64,000 nucleotides of DNA, taken from NCBI GenBank assembly GCA_001791305.1, contig MGEI01000003.1:112872-176871 (forward strand), read 5' to 3'. Shown piece by piece: positions 34,557 to 43,877 of this stretch (within the stretch, counting starts at the first letter, position 1; each line of letters opens with the position of its first letter). Under the pieces are notes generated by a model that saw nothing but the letters and a program-made list of their open reading frames with translations, was not told the DNA's origin and searched no databases. This DNA comes from Candidatus Uhrbacteria bacterium RIFCSPLOWO2_01_FULL_47_17. GTDB lineage: Bacteria; Patescibacteriota; Patescibacteriia; UBA9934; GWF2-40-263. The position numbers were made by a program, and so were the translations under genes.

Positions 34557-35120
34557 ATGTTCATTCCTCTCGTCATTCAACATCGCCACGTTCATTTGTC
34601 GAAGAAAGACCTTCGGCAATTATTTGGGGATGAAAAATCATTGGAAATTGAATCGGAACTTGAACATAAAGGTCAATACTTATATCGAGAAACGGTGAAT
34701 GTGGAAGGGAAGACAGGGGTTATTGAATCCGTGCGCATACTCGGGCCATCTCGAAGCAGCACACAAGTTGAACTATCGATTACGGACGCGTTTGCGATTG
34801 GTCTCAATGCACCAACGCGACAATCAGGAGATTTATCTCGAGCGGCAACGTGTAAACTCATTGGACCAGCAGGATCTGTTCGTGCGACATCATCTGTCAT
34901 TGTGCCTGCGCGTCATTTGCATTGTTCCGATCGCGTCGCCAAAAAACTTCGCCTGAAAAATCACCATGTGGTAACATTACGACATGCAGAAAAGTCGGAT
35001 GTCGTCTTATCACACGTCTTTGTACGCGTTCATCCAACCTTCGCTCTCGAACTCCACCTAACATCCGATGAAGCCGCTCATCACTGGCTTCATTCCGGTG
35101 ATCTTTTTGAACTATGTTAA
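34557..35120 (+). CDS. PduL-like phosphate acyltransferase (propanoyl/acetyl-phosphate transferase family)
   Basis: Start at MFIPLVIQHRHVHLS, giving 187 aa. Two PduL repeats with the characteristic RHVHL / RHLHCS histidine motifs. Confidence 0.6.
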   Translation: MFIPLVIQHRHVHLSKKDLRQLFGDEKSLEIESELEHKGQYLYRETVNVEGKTGVIESVRILGPSRSSTQVELSITDAFAIGLNAPTRQSGDLSRAATCKLIGPAGSVRATSSVIVPARHLHCSDRVAKKLRLKNHHVVTLRHAEKSDVVLSHVFVRVHPTFALELHLTSDEAAHHWLHSGDLFELC

Positions 35121-36391
35121 AACGTTTTGGGTTTTTCGCCCTTTCCGCCTTTTTCGCCCTTTCCGCCCCTGCCCTCGCTCATGCTGCGACGGCTGATTTG
35201 CGCGTTGTCCCTGCGGATATTCGTTTTTCAAAGTCAACACTGATTGTGGGGGACTCGATTCGTATTTATACAAAAGTACAAAACGTTGGAACCATTGACG
35301 TCACAGGATACGTGACCTTTTATCAAGGAAGTTCGGTAATTGAAGAACCGCAAGTCATTTCCGTTGTCGCGGGAAGTGATCCAGAAGAGGTTTTTGTGGA
35401 TTTTATCGTTCCAGAAGGCCAGTTTAATATACGAACAGTCATAAGTGGAACAAAACCAGCGGATGCAAATTTGGACAACAATGTAGCAATTACAGGAATG
35501 TTTACACCTATTCCAGATAAAGATCGTGACGGAAAGCAGGATGCTTCTGACAATTGTCCAACGGTGGCAAACGCAGATCAAGCAAATTTGGATGGTGATA
35601 CGTTTGGTGATGCATGTGATGATGACATTGATGGAGATGGACTCACAAATGCGGTTGAGGCCGAACTTGGAACGAACACGAAGGCAAAGGATACGGATGG
35701 TGATGCGGTGAATGATCCACAAGATGCCTATCCGCTTGATCCAAAACGAACCGTGATCGAAAAACCTGTACCCGTGAAAGTAGTTCCAAAACCTGCGCCA
35801 GAACAAAAAACAACAACGCAACAAACAGCTCAGGCAGAATCTCTTGCGACCACAAACAATACGGCAGCGCCTGATGCTCCGTTATCTTCTACAACAAATA
35901 CTTCCAGTTCAGTGTCTGTCTTAACCGTCGCCGTCGACGATCTCTCTGAACAGAGTGAATCTTCAAACAAGAATGTTTCTCCAAACGCCATTTTTACGTA
36001 TGAAAAAATATCTTGGAATACGTTTGTTTTTCGATTGATTGCCCCTGTTCAAGAGCGTTTCGTTTATGATTGGAATTTTGGGGATGGTGTTCGTTCAAGT
36101 AAAACAGAAGTGACTCACACATACGCAAAGCCTGGTTCTTATACGGTCACGCTCAAGACAACAGATGAAAGGGGAGTCATTTCAGAGGAATCTGCACAAG
36201 TCCACATTGCATTTTTTACCTTTTCAAACCCACTCGTTTGGCTTATTGTTTCATTGCTTGGCATGGCGCTCGTTGCCGCCTTTGTGGTTTGGTTAAAGAC
36301 GAAAACAAAAAAGAACATTAAAAAGAAAGTTAAAATAACAGAATCAGCAGAAGATACAGAATTAAAAAAAATTCATGTTAAAGAAGAGTAG
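35114..36391 (+). CDS. Cell-surface protein: signal peptide, CARDB-like domain, thrombospondin type-3 Ca-binding repeats, PKD domain and a C-terminal TM anchor
   Basis: 425 aa. Signal peptide ending ALAHA. DxDxDGxxD repeats (DKDRDGKQDASDNC, DLDGDTFGDACDDDIDGDG). PKD motif (WNFGDG...HTY). Hydrophobic C-terminal anchor plus KKNIKKK. Confidence 0.6.
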   Translation: MLKRFGFFALSAFFALSAPALAHAATADLRVVPADIRFSKSTLIVGDSIRIYTKVQNVGTIDVTGYVTFYQGSSVIEEPQVISVVAGSDPEEVFVDFIVPEGQFNIRTVISGTKPADANLDNNVAITGMFTPIPDKDRDGKQDASDNCPTVANADQANLDGDTFGDACDDDIDGDGLTNAVEAELGTNTKAKDTDGDAVNDPQDAYPLDPKRTVIEKPVPVKVVPKPAPEQKTTTQQTAQAESLATTNNTAAPDAPLSSTTNTSSSVSVLTVAVDDLSEQSESSNKNVSPNAIFTYEKISWNTFVFRLIAPVQERFVYDWNFGDGVRSSKTEVTHTYAKPGSYTVTLKTTDERGVISEESAQVHIAFFTFSNPLVWLIVSLLGMALVAAFVVWLKTKTKKNIKKKVKITESAEDTELKKIHVKEE

Positions 36392-36401
36392 TCTGTTTCA
36401 G

Positions 36402-38012
36402 ATGTTTAAGGCGGAATCAACAACCGTCATTGGCGCGGCTGTCTTGGTCGGTCTCTTTTCCTTTCTGAGTCGGTTGGTCGGACTCATTCGTGATCGAGTC
36501 CTTGCGGGAATGTTTGGAGCCGGAAATATGCTTGATATTTACTACGCAGCATTTAAAGTGCCAGATTTTTTGTTTAACCTGATTGTGATTGGTGCGCTCT
36601 CCGCAAGTTTTATTCCAATGTTCACGCGCCATTATCAACAATCAGCTCACCATGAACGTGCATGGAAATTCACAAATAACATGCTGAATTTGATTGGAGT
36701 AGGAATGGTCGTGCTTGCCGTCATCTTGTTTATTTTCGCAAATCACATCGCCGTGTTTGTTGCTCCTGGTTTTGATCATTTGAAGCAAGCGCAAGTGGCA
36801 TCGTTTACGCGCGTCATGCTGTTATCGCAGATTTTTCTTGCAATTTCGATGGTCTATGGAGGAGTTCTGCAGAGCATGAAACGGTTTTTCTTGTATTCTC
36901 TCGCTCCCATTTTTTATAATGTTGGAATCATTTTTGGAGCTCTTTTTTTTGTCCGCTGGTTTGGAACGATTGGTCTTGCATACGGGGTTGTATTTGGTGC
37001 CATGTTGCACATGGGAATTCAGTGCATTGGTCTTAGAGGAACAGGGTACCGCTATCAACCCATGTTTCAGGTGCGCGACAGAGACACACAAACCGTTTTG
37101 CGAACTATGTTGCCACGCATGATTGGCATCGGAACGAATCAAATTTTGTTTTTGATTTTGACGATTATCGCATCAACCCTTGCGGTTGGAAGTGTGACGG
37201 TTTTCCAATTCGCTTACAATGTTGAGTTTTTTCCTATTGGTATTTTTGGCGTGTCCTACGCGATCGCCGTGTTTCCAACGTTTGCGGAACATGTTGCGGC
37301 GAATAAAATGGAAAAATTTCAAACCGTTTTTGCGTCGAGCATCCGACAGCTTTTGTTTTTTATGATTCCGGCCACGATTGCATTTCTTTTGCTTCGTGCA
37401 CAAATCGTGAGGCTTGTGGTTGGGGCAGGGGCATTTGATTGGAATGCAACGATTTTAGCGGCGGATACTCTTGCATTTTTTGCTCTCACGTTTATTCCAC
37501 AATCTTGCGTGTATATTTTGTCTAGAGCTTTTTTTGCGTTACAAGACACCGTCACGCCTCTTACAGCCGCAATCGTTTCCGCCATGCTTGGAATCACCTC
37601 AGCGTTTTTGTTCACAAAAACATACGGCGTGATTGGGCTTGCAATGGCATTTGGTGTTGCCGAGACGGTAAATGCAGGATTGCTCTGGATTTTGCTTCGG
37701 CAAAAAACAGGTTCGCTCCATGAAATGAATATCCTGGAAGGATTATTTAAACTCATTCCCGCTGCATTGCTTTCCGGAATCGCCATGTATGCCGTTCGTG
37801 CCTTTGTAAGTTCGTTTATTGCGCTTGATACGTTTTTAAACGTTTTGACGCAAACGCTTATTACGGGCATTGCGGGCGCAGCTGTGTATCTCAGCATCCT
37901 CACTCTTTTGCGCTCCGAAGAACTTCACACACTTTTTGCTTCCCTCACACGTCGACAGCTTCAACAAGCTGCACCTATTGAAGTCACAAACTCCACAGAC
38001 GGAACCGCTTGA
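36402..38012 (+). CDS. murJ: Lipid II flippase MurJ (MviN)
   Basis: Start at MFKAESTT to avoid overlap with the upstream gene, giving 536 aa. 14-TM MOP-family protein with the conserved N-terminus (LSRLVGLIRDRVLAGMFGAG). Confidence 0.8.
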   Translation: MFKAESTTVIGAAVLVGLFSFLSRLVGLIRDRVLAGMFGAGNMLDIYYAAFKVPDFLFNLIVIGALSASFIPMFTRHYQQSAHHERAWKFTNNMLNLIGVGMVVLAVILFIFANHIAVFVAPGFDHLKQAQVASFTRVMLLSQIFLAISMVYGGVLQSMKRFFLYSLAPIFYNVGIIFGALFFVRWFGTIGLAYGVVFGAMLHMGIQCIGLRGTGYRYQPMFQVRDRDTQTVLRTMLPRMIGIGTNQILFLILTIIASTLAVGSVTVFQFAYNVEFFPIGIFGVSYAIAVFPTFAEHVAANKMEKFQTVFASSIRQLLFFMIPATIAFLLLRAQIVRLVVGAGAFDWNATILAADTLAFFALTFIPQSCVYILSRAFFALQDTVTPLTAAIVSAMLGITSAFLFTKTYGVIGLAMAFGVAETVNAGLLWILLRQKTGSLHEMNILEGLFKLIPAALLSGIAMYAVRAFVSSFIALDTFLNVLTQTLITGIAGAAVYLSILTLLRSEELHTLFASLTRRQLQQAAPIEVTNSTDGTA

Positions 38013-38052
38013 TCTAGACGTTCTTGTCACCCTTTTGTACAATCCATCCATT

Positions 38053-39936
38053 ATGAAGATTTCTGACATTCGAAAGCACTATCTCACGTTTTTTGCGGAT
38101 CACGGACACGCCATTTTGCCGTCCGCCTCTTTGATTCCCGAAAATGACCCAACAACCTTATTTACTGGGTCCGGAATGCAACCCATGGTTTCCTATTTGC
38201 TCGGCGAACCACACCCACGCGGTGTGCGTATTGCAGATTCGCAAAAGTGTTTTCGTTCCCAAGATATTGATGAGGTGGGGGATAATCGTCACACAACGTT
38301 TTTTGAAATGCTCGGAAACTGGTCACTTGGAGATTATTTTAAGACAGAACAGATTACGTGGATGTTTGAGTTTCTCACAACAAACCTTGGACTCGATCCA
38401 AAGAATTTGTACGTAACCGTGTTTCGAGGAAATTCAGATCTGAATATTCCTCGTGATGAAGAATCTGCCGCGCTCTGGCAGAAGTTGTTTGCTTCGAAAG
38501 GAATCGAGGCGCAGATCGGTGAGAATGCGGAGCAAGACGGAATGAAATCTGGTGAGCGCATCTTTTATTACCCAGAAAAGAAAAACTGGTGGAGCAGAAC
38601 GGGAGTTCCATCTAACATGCCGGTTGGTGAACCAGGAGGTCCAGACACAGAAATGTTTTACGATTTCGGTTCTGAGAGAAATTTGCACGAAACATCGATT
38701 TGGATGAACGAGCCATGTCACGTCAACTGTGACTGTGGTCGCTTTGTTGAAATCGGTAACAATGTTTTCATGCAGTATGTGAAAACTGAAACGGGGTTTG
38801 AAGAGCTTAAACAAAGAAATGTGGATTTTGGTGGCGGACTAGAACGTATGGCTGCGGCCGTGAATGGGAATCCAGATGTTTTTCTGATCGACGCATTTGC
38901 ACCGGCTATTGCTGAACTTATACAGTTAAGCGGAAAGCAGTATGAGACCCATACGCATGCGTATCGCGTGATTCTTGATCACTTGCGAGCTGCAACGTTT
39001 TTAATTGGCGATGGTGTTTACCCATCAAACAAAGATCAGGGATATTTTGTGCGACGACTCATTCGACGTGCGGTGCGATTTGCACACCAACTTGGAATTG
39101 CAGAAAATGTGTGTTTAAAGATTGGTGCAACGTTTATTGCCATGTATGCGGATACATACCCATACATGTTGTCTTCGCAAGATGTCATTCTTGCTGAGCT
39201 TGAAAAAGAAGAAAAGAAATTTCAACAGACGTTGAAACAAGGAATGAAAAAGTTTGTGGAATTGCTTGTTCCAGACGGCAACAAAATTATTTCAGGAATC
39301 GATGCGTTCGATCTTGTCCAATCCTACGGATTTCCTGTCGAGCTTACCGAAGAGCTTGCAACGGAAAATGGGTTTACGGTTGACATGGAAACGTTTAAGA
39401 TAGAGAAAGAAAAACATCAAGCCCTTTCACGCGCAGGATCCGAGCAAAAATTTAAAGGTGGACTCGCGGATCACTCAGACATGAGCGTGAAGTACCACAC
39501 AGCAACACATTTGTTGCATCAAGCGCTCAGACAAGTTCTTGGCGATATGGTTGTCCAAAAGGGAAGCAACATAACGCCAGAACGTTTGCGATTTGATTTT
39601 CCGTATCCGACACGTCCAACAGATGATCAAATGAAACACGTCGAGGAGCTCGTAAACGATACCATCTCCAAAAAGTTACCGGTTCACTTTGAAATGCTTA
39701 CCTTGGATGAAGCCAAAACTCGCGGAGCCATTGGATTATTCGCCGATAAATACGCCGAAGTTGGTGACAAGGTAAAAGTTTACTTTGTGGGCGATGAAGC
39801 CATGGGGAACTCCTTCTCAAAGGAGGTTTGCGGCGGCCCACATGTCTCAAATACCTCTGAGCTCGGAAAATTCCAGATTCAGAAGGAAGAATCGATTGGT
39901 TCTGGACTGCGTCGAATTAAGGCCATTCTCACATAA
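38053..39936 (+). CDS. alaS: Alanine--tRNA ligase, short form lacking the C-terminal C-Ala domain
   Basis: Start at MKISDIRKHYL, giving 627 aa. Class II catalytic core (FTGSGMQP, WGGG) and editing domain with HxxxH...CGGxH. The protein ends right after the editing domain. Confidence 0.85.
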   Translation: MKISDIRKHYLTFFADHGHAILPSASLIPENDPTTLFTGSGMQPMVSYLLGEPHPRGVRIADSQKCFRSQDIDEVGDNRHTTFFEMLGNWSLGDYFKTEQITWMFEFLTTNLGLDPKNLYVTVFRGNSDLNIPRDEESAALWQKLFASKGIEAQIGENAEQDGMKSGERIFYYPEKKNWWSRTGVPSNMPVGEPGGPDTEMFYDFGSERNLHETSIWMNEPCHVNCDCGRFVEIGNNVFMQYVKTETGFEELKQRNVDFGGGLERMAAAVNGNPDVFLIDAFAPAIAELIQLSGKQYETHTHAYRVILDHLRAATFLIGDGVYPSNKDQGYFVRRLIRRAVRFAHQLGIAENVCLKIGATFIAMYADTYPYMLSSQDVILAELEKEEKKFQQTLKQGMKKFVELLVPDGNKIISGIDAFDLVQSYGFPVELTEELATENGFTVDMETFKIEKEKHQALSRAGSEQKFKGGLADHSDMSVKYHTATHLLHQALRQVLGDMVVQKGSNITPERLRFDFPYPTRPTDDQMKHVEELVNDTISKKLPVHFEMLTLDEAKTRGAIGLFADKYAEVGDKVKVYFVGDEAMGNSFSKEVCGGPHVSNTSELGKFQIQKEESIGSGLRRIKAILT

Positions 39937-40000
39937 TCACACCTTAATTTAGCCTAAAAAAGTTATCCTAGGTTATCCCCGGTTGATTTCTTGACACAAT

Positions 40001-40029
40001 TTAGCAAATAACATAAAATACCGGCGCCT
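40001..40029 (+). promoter_or_regulatory. Putative promoter (TTGACA-17-TAAAAT) upstream of the infA-rpmJ-rpsM... cluster
   Basis: Near-consensus -35 and -10 in the 159 nt alaS-infA intergenic region. Coordinates approximate. Confidence 0.45.
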
Positions 40030-40095
40030 CAGAAATCTATTTTTGCTTGCGATTAAGCGCAAAATCTGATAGCATTTCTTGAACCTAAAGTACCT

Positions 40096-40317
40096 ATGAG
40101 TCAGGACACAAAAGATTTTATTGAAATGCGAGGCACGGTAGAAGAACTTCTACCATCTGCAAATTTCAAAATCAAACTGGAAAATGGACAAACCATTACA
40201 GGTTACCTTTCTGGAAAAATGCGTAAATTTCGTATTCGCATTTTGCCGGGTGATGACGTAAAGGTTGAAATTAGTCCGTATGACCTTACAAAAGGTCGTG
40301 TCGTTTATCGTTTCTAA
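40096..40317 (+). CDS. infA: Translation initiation factor IF-1
   Basis: 73 aa, S1-like OB fold, highly conserved sequence ([32 protein letters not shown]...). Confidence 0.9.
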   Translation: MSQDTKDFIEMRGTVEELLPSANFKIKLENGQTITGYLSGKMRKFRIRILPGDDVKVEISPYDLTKGRVVYRF

Positions 40318-40364
40318 TAAGATTCCAAAACTTCATCGAGCAACATCGATGGAGTTTATCGATT

Positions 40365-40478
40365 ATGAAAGTTCGAGCATCCGCAAAAAAAATTTGTAAA
40401 GACTGTAGCGTCACACGCCGAAAAGGTCGTGTGGTTGTCATTTGTAAAAATCCTAAACATAAGCAACGTCAGGGATAA
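40365..40478 (+). CDS. rpmJ: 50S ribosomal protein L36
   Basis: 37 aa, [37 protein letters not shown] with the C-C-C-H zinc ribbon. SD GGAG upstream. Not in the ORF track because it is under 60 aa. Confidence 0.75.
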   Translation: MKVRASAKKICKDCSVTRRKGRVVVICKNPKHKQRQG

Positions 40479-40490
40479 GGTCGGATCGAT

Positions 40491-40529
40491 CTTCTCTCCT
40501 TCTTACTTCTCTCTTCTTACTTTTCCCTT
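40491..40529 (+). promoter_or_regulatory. Pyrimidine (CU)-rich leader immediately upstream of rpsM (CTTCTCTCCTTCTTACTTCTCTCTTCTTACTTTTCCCTT)
   Basis: 39 nt tract of nearly pure C/T with a CTTCTTACTT direct repeat. Similar CACTC-repeat tracts precede gltX and alr. Confidence 0.4.
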
Positions 40530-40916
40530 ATGGCACGTATCGCTGGAGTCAACATTCCACTCAACAAACATATTCGCATCTCACTTACCTATATTTATGG
40601 TGTGGGTCCCAGAACAGCCGCAAGCATTTTGAAGCAAGCGGGTGTGAAGGGCGATATCAAAACAAAGGATTTGACGGAAGATCAAGTCAAAGCCGTTCGT
40701 GACCTTGTAGAAAAAGGACGCCGATTGGAAGGTGACTTGCGTCGTGATGTTCTTTCAAACGTTAAGCGTTTGAAAGAAATCGGAGCGTATCGTGGCTCAC
40801 GTCACGCAAAACACTTGCCTGTACGTGGACAGAGAACTAAAACAAACTCACGAACTATTCGTGGTAACGTGCGAAAGACCACAGGAAGTGGTCGCCGTGC
40901 ATTGACCAAGACTTAA
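40530..40916 (+). CDS. rpsM: 30S ribosomal protein S13
   Basis: 128 aa, [10 protein letters not shown]... canonical S13. Confidence 0.95.
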   Translation: MARIAGVNIPLNKHIRISLTYIYGVGPRTAASILKQAGVKGDIKTKDLTEDQVKAVRDLVEKGRRLEGDLRRDVLSNVKRLKEIGAYRGSRHAKHLPVRGQRTKTNSRTIRGNVRKTTGSGRRALTKT

Positions 40917-40917
40917 T

Positions 40918-41313
40918 ATGGCTGCTGTCATCCAAACCAAATCAAAGAAAAAGAAAGTTGTGAAATCCGTTGCACAAGGCAACGCGTATGTTCAGGCTAC
41001 GTATAATAACACCATCGTGACTCTCACAGACTTGAATGGAAACACCCTTGCGTGGTCCAGTGCAGGAAACTGTGGATTCAAAGGACCAAAGAAAGCAACG
41101 CCTTATGCAGCAGGAATGATTGTGAAAGCCGCAGCTGACCGCGTCAAAGAAATTGGACTGAAGGAAATCAACGTATTTGTAAGAGGTGTCGGTGCTGGTC
41201 GCGATTCTGCGGTTCGTGCATTGAACGCAAACGGATTTCAAGTTCTCTCTATCAAAGATTTAACACCGCTTCCTCATAATGGTTGCCGTCCTCGTAAACC
41301 ACGTCGCGTCTAG
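40918..41313 (+). CDS. rpsK: 30S ribosomal protein S11
   Basis: 131 aa, canonical S11 (AYVQATYNNTIVTLTDLNGN...). Confidence 0.95.
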   Translation: MAAVIQTKSKKKKVVKSVAQGNAYVQATYNNTIVTLTDLNGNTLAWSSAGNCGFKGPKKATPYAAGMIVKAAADRVKEIGLKEINVFVRGVGAGRDSAVRALNANGFQVLSIKDLTPLPHNGCRPRKPRRV

Positions 41314-41316
41314 TTT

Positions 41317-41928
41317 ATGGCAAAAAATAACACTCCCATCGTAAAACTCTCCCGTCGTCTTGGGATTGTGCTCGGCAAGGAAAAGTACGTCCGCCGACGC
41401 CAATATCCACCGGGTGTTCATGGTCCTAAACAAGGGAACCATCGCCGTATTTCTGGATACGGAGAGCAATTACTTGAAAAACAGAAAGCAAAAGCCGTTT
41501 ACGGACTTTTGGAAAAGCAATTCCGCAAATGTTTTGAAAAAGCTTCTCAACACAAAGGAAATACTTCTGAGTTCATGATTCAATTGCTCGAACAACGTCT
41601 TGATAACGTTATCTACCGTCTCGGTTTTGCAAAAACACGCAAACAGGCGCGTCAGATCGTTGGACATGGATTTGTTCTCGTGAACGGTCAATTGGTTGAT
41701 ATCCCTTCTTACCAAGTAAAGATTGGTGATGAAATTACCGTAAAGGAAAATAAAAAGGCAAAGGGTATCGTCAAAGCGATCGCAGAAATCAAAAAAGAAA
41801 ATCAAGTACCAAAATGGTTGAATGCAGATGCGGCTGCTCTGAAAGGAAAAGTCACAGGCGAGCCAACCATGGATGATGTGGAGAAAATGTTTGATCCACG
41901 GCTGATCGTCGAATTCTATTCTCGATAA
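41317..41928 (+). CDS. rpsD: 30S ribosomal protein S4
   Basis: 203 aa, canonical S4 with an S4 RNA-binding domain. Confidence 0.95.
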   Translation: MAKNNTPIVKLSRRLGIVLGKEKYVRRRQYPPGVHGPKQGNHRRISGYGEQLLEKQKAKAVYGLLEKQFRKCFEKASQHKGNTSEFMIQLLEQRLDNVIYRLGFAKTRKQARQIVGHGFVLVNGQLVDIPSYQVKIGDEITVKENKKAKGIVKAIAEIKKENQVPKWLNADAAALKGKVTGEPTMDDVEKMFDPRLIVEFYSR

Positions 41929-41949
41929 ATCACTAAGGAGGTACGTCGT

Positions 41950-42669
41950 ATGGAGAACATTCTTCTTCCATCAAAAATTTCGTTCGAAAAGGGCGAACGA
42001 CCAAACGAAGGTGTTTTGGTTGTAGAACCATGCTTTTACGGCTATGGAACAACACTCGGAAACGCATTGCGTCGTGTGTTGCTTTCATCCTTGCCAGGAG
42101 CAGCGGTGACCGCCGTTAAGATGAAAGGTGTCACGCACGAATTTCAAGCGATTGAAAACGTGAAAGAGGACGCGCTTGAGATCATTTTGAACCTCAAGAC
42201 CCTTCGTCTCAAAGTATTTTCTGATGAACCTGTGACACTCAAACTGAGTGCGAGTGGGTTAAAAACCATTACCGCCGGAGACATTGCCCCAAATGCAGAT
42301 GTAGAAATCATGAACCCGGAACTGGTGATCGCACATCTCACAGACGCAAAGTCAACCTTTGAAATGGAACTCACGGCTCGTAAAGGTCGTGGATATTCCA
42401 CAACAGAAGAACGCGCGGGTGAGGCACATGATCTTGGAACCATCGCCATTGACGCTCTCTTTTCACCGGTTCGAAACGTTGGGTACCAAGTGGTCAATAC
42501 ACGTGTGGGCGATATCACCAACTATGATAAGCTCATCATGAACATTGAAACAGATGGAACCATCACTCCCGAAGCTGCGGTCGAACAATCCGCAAAGACC
42601 CTTATCGATTATTTTTCAATCCTTCTCAACACACAAACGGAAACAGCATCTGATTCAGATGCTTCCTAA
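41950..42669 (+). CDS. rpoA: DNA-directed RNA polymerase subunit alpha, N-terminal domain only (no alpha-CTD)
   Basis: 239 aa with SD AAGGAGG. Alpha-NTD dimerisation and beta/beta-prime-binding regions present. The protein ends about 4 residues after the NTD and rplQ follows 14 nt later. Confidence 0.85.
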   Translation: MENILLPSKISFEKGERPNEGVLVVEPCFYGYGTTLGNALRRVLLSSLPGAAVTAVKMKGVTHEFQAIENVKEDALEIILNLKTLRLKVFSDEPVTLKLSASGLKTITAGDIAPNADVEIMNPELVIAHLTDAKSTFEMELTARKGRGYSTTEERAGEAHDLGTIAIDALFSPVRNVGYQVVNTRVGDITNYDKLIMNIETDGTITPEAAVEQSAKTLIDYFSILLNTQTETASDSDAS

Positions 42670-42683
42670 TCCGGTTTACGTAT

Positions 42684-43034
42684 ATGCGCCATCGCAACGC
42701 CGTCAAAACTCTCGGAAGACGAACTTCCACTCGAAACGCTATGCTCACAAGCCTCGCGTCGAGTATTATTTTGCATGAAAAAGTCAAAACAACCGAGACA
42801 AAGGCGAAGGTTGTGCGCTCACTTGTGGAACGTTCCATCACAGATGGAAAGAAATCCACCCTTGCAACGCGCAGAAATTTGATGAAGCGATTTGCTTCAG
42901 AAAACCCCGTCAATAAAATTTTAGATGTTCTCGCGCCACGCTACATGGATCGTAACGGCGGATACACGCGTATCATCAAAATGGGAACACGCAGAGGGGA
43001 CGGCGCTCCTGTCGTACAAATTGAACTTGTCTAA
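42684..43034 (+). CDS. rplQ: 50S ribosomal protein L17
   Basis: 116 aa, canonical L17 (MRHRNAVKTLGRRTS...). Confidence 0.9.
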   Translation: MRHRNAVKTLGRRTSTRNAMLTSLASSIILHEKVKTTETKAKVVRSLVERSITDGKKSTLATRRNLMKRFASENPVNKILDVLAPRYMDRNGGYTRIIKMGTRRGDGAPVVQIELV

Positions 43035-43035
43035 T

Positions 43036-43398
43036 ATGAAGAAAGAACTTGACCGCAATATTCACACCATCGATGCGGATGGAAAAAGCCCTGGACGTCT
43101 TGCAACACAAGTCGTAGGCTTTTTGATGGGAAAAGGAAAAGCAACGTTTGTCCCAAACGTTGATGGTGGTGACCACGTTCAAGTGATCAACGCTTCAAAG
43201 ATGAACATCATCGGAAAGCGCCTGGAACAAAAGGAATACTATCGTCACACAGCGTACGCAAGCGGATTGCGCACAACAAGCATGAAAAAAGTGTGGGCGG
43301 ATAATCCAGGTGACGTCTTGGTTCGCGCGGTCTCACGCATGTTGCCAAAGAATTCACATCGCCAGAGCCGCTTGAAGCGCCTCGTCGTCAAGAACTAA
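43036..43398 (+). CDS. rplM: 50S ribosomal protein L13
   Basis: Start at MKKELDRNIHTIDA, giving 120 aa. The L13 core is conserved. Confidence 0.85.
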   Translation: MKKELDRNIHTIDADGKSPGRLATQVVGFLMGKGKATFVPNVDGGDHVQVINASKMNIIGKRLEQKEYYRHTAYASGLRTTSMKKVWADNPGDVLVRAVSRMLPKNSHRQSRLKRLVVKN

Positions 43399-43399
43399 T

Positions 43400-43804
43400 A
43401 TGACAGAACAAGCAACAAAATTTATTGGAGCCGTTGGACGACGCAAATGCGCTGTTGCGCAAGTTCGCCTTCATCATGGTGGATCTGGAAAGATCACTAT
43501 TAATGATCGTGAGCTCGAAAAATACCTTCCAACAACCATCCAACATCAAACCGTGAAATCTCCTCTCGTTTTGACGGGAACAGAAAACATGTTTGATGTG
43601 CAGATCGTTGTGAAAGGTGGAGGACAAGCCGGCCAAGCGGACAGTATCCGACTTGGAATTGCGCGCGCCCTTGTTGACTTCAACCCAGAATACAAAACCG
43701 TTTTGAAAAAACAAGGTATGATGACACGTGATGCTCGCATCCGTGAACGTAAAAAATTCGGAAAAAAGTCCGCGCGTCGATCCCCACAATGGTCAAAGCG
43801 TTAG
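43400..43804 (+). CDS. rpsI: 30S ribosomal protein S9
   Basis: 134 aa, canonical S9 ending ...RRSPQWSKR. Confidence 0.9.
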   Translation: MTEQATKFIGAVGRRKCAVAQVRLHHGGSGKITINDRELEKYLPTTIQHQTVKSPLVLTGTENMFDVQIVVKGGGQAGQADSIRLGIARALVDFNPEYKTVLKKQGMMTRDARIRERKKFGKKSARRSPQWSKR

Positions 43805-43877
43805 AAAGAAAAATCCTGCTTTCGGGCGGGATTTTTTGTTTTACAGTTCGATCTTTTTTTGTTATCCTTGTCCATAC

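Noticed and set aside
4410-35165. Recurring G-rich 11-mer GGAGAGGGCGG-like strings in folD, murC (EKAERAERN insertion), mnmA and the CARDB protein signal peptide
   Set aside because: The length is within chance expectation for a GC-rich, Gly/Ala/Arg-coding context. Only the two clear nested palindromes in folD and mnmA are retained as a finding.
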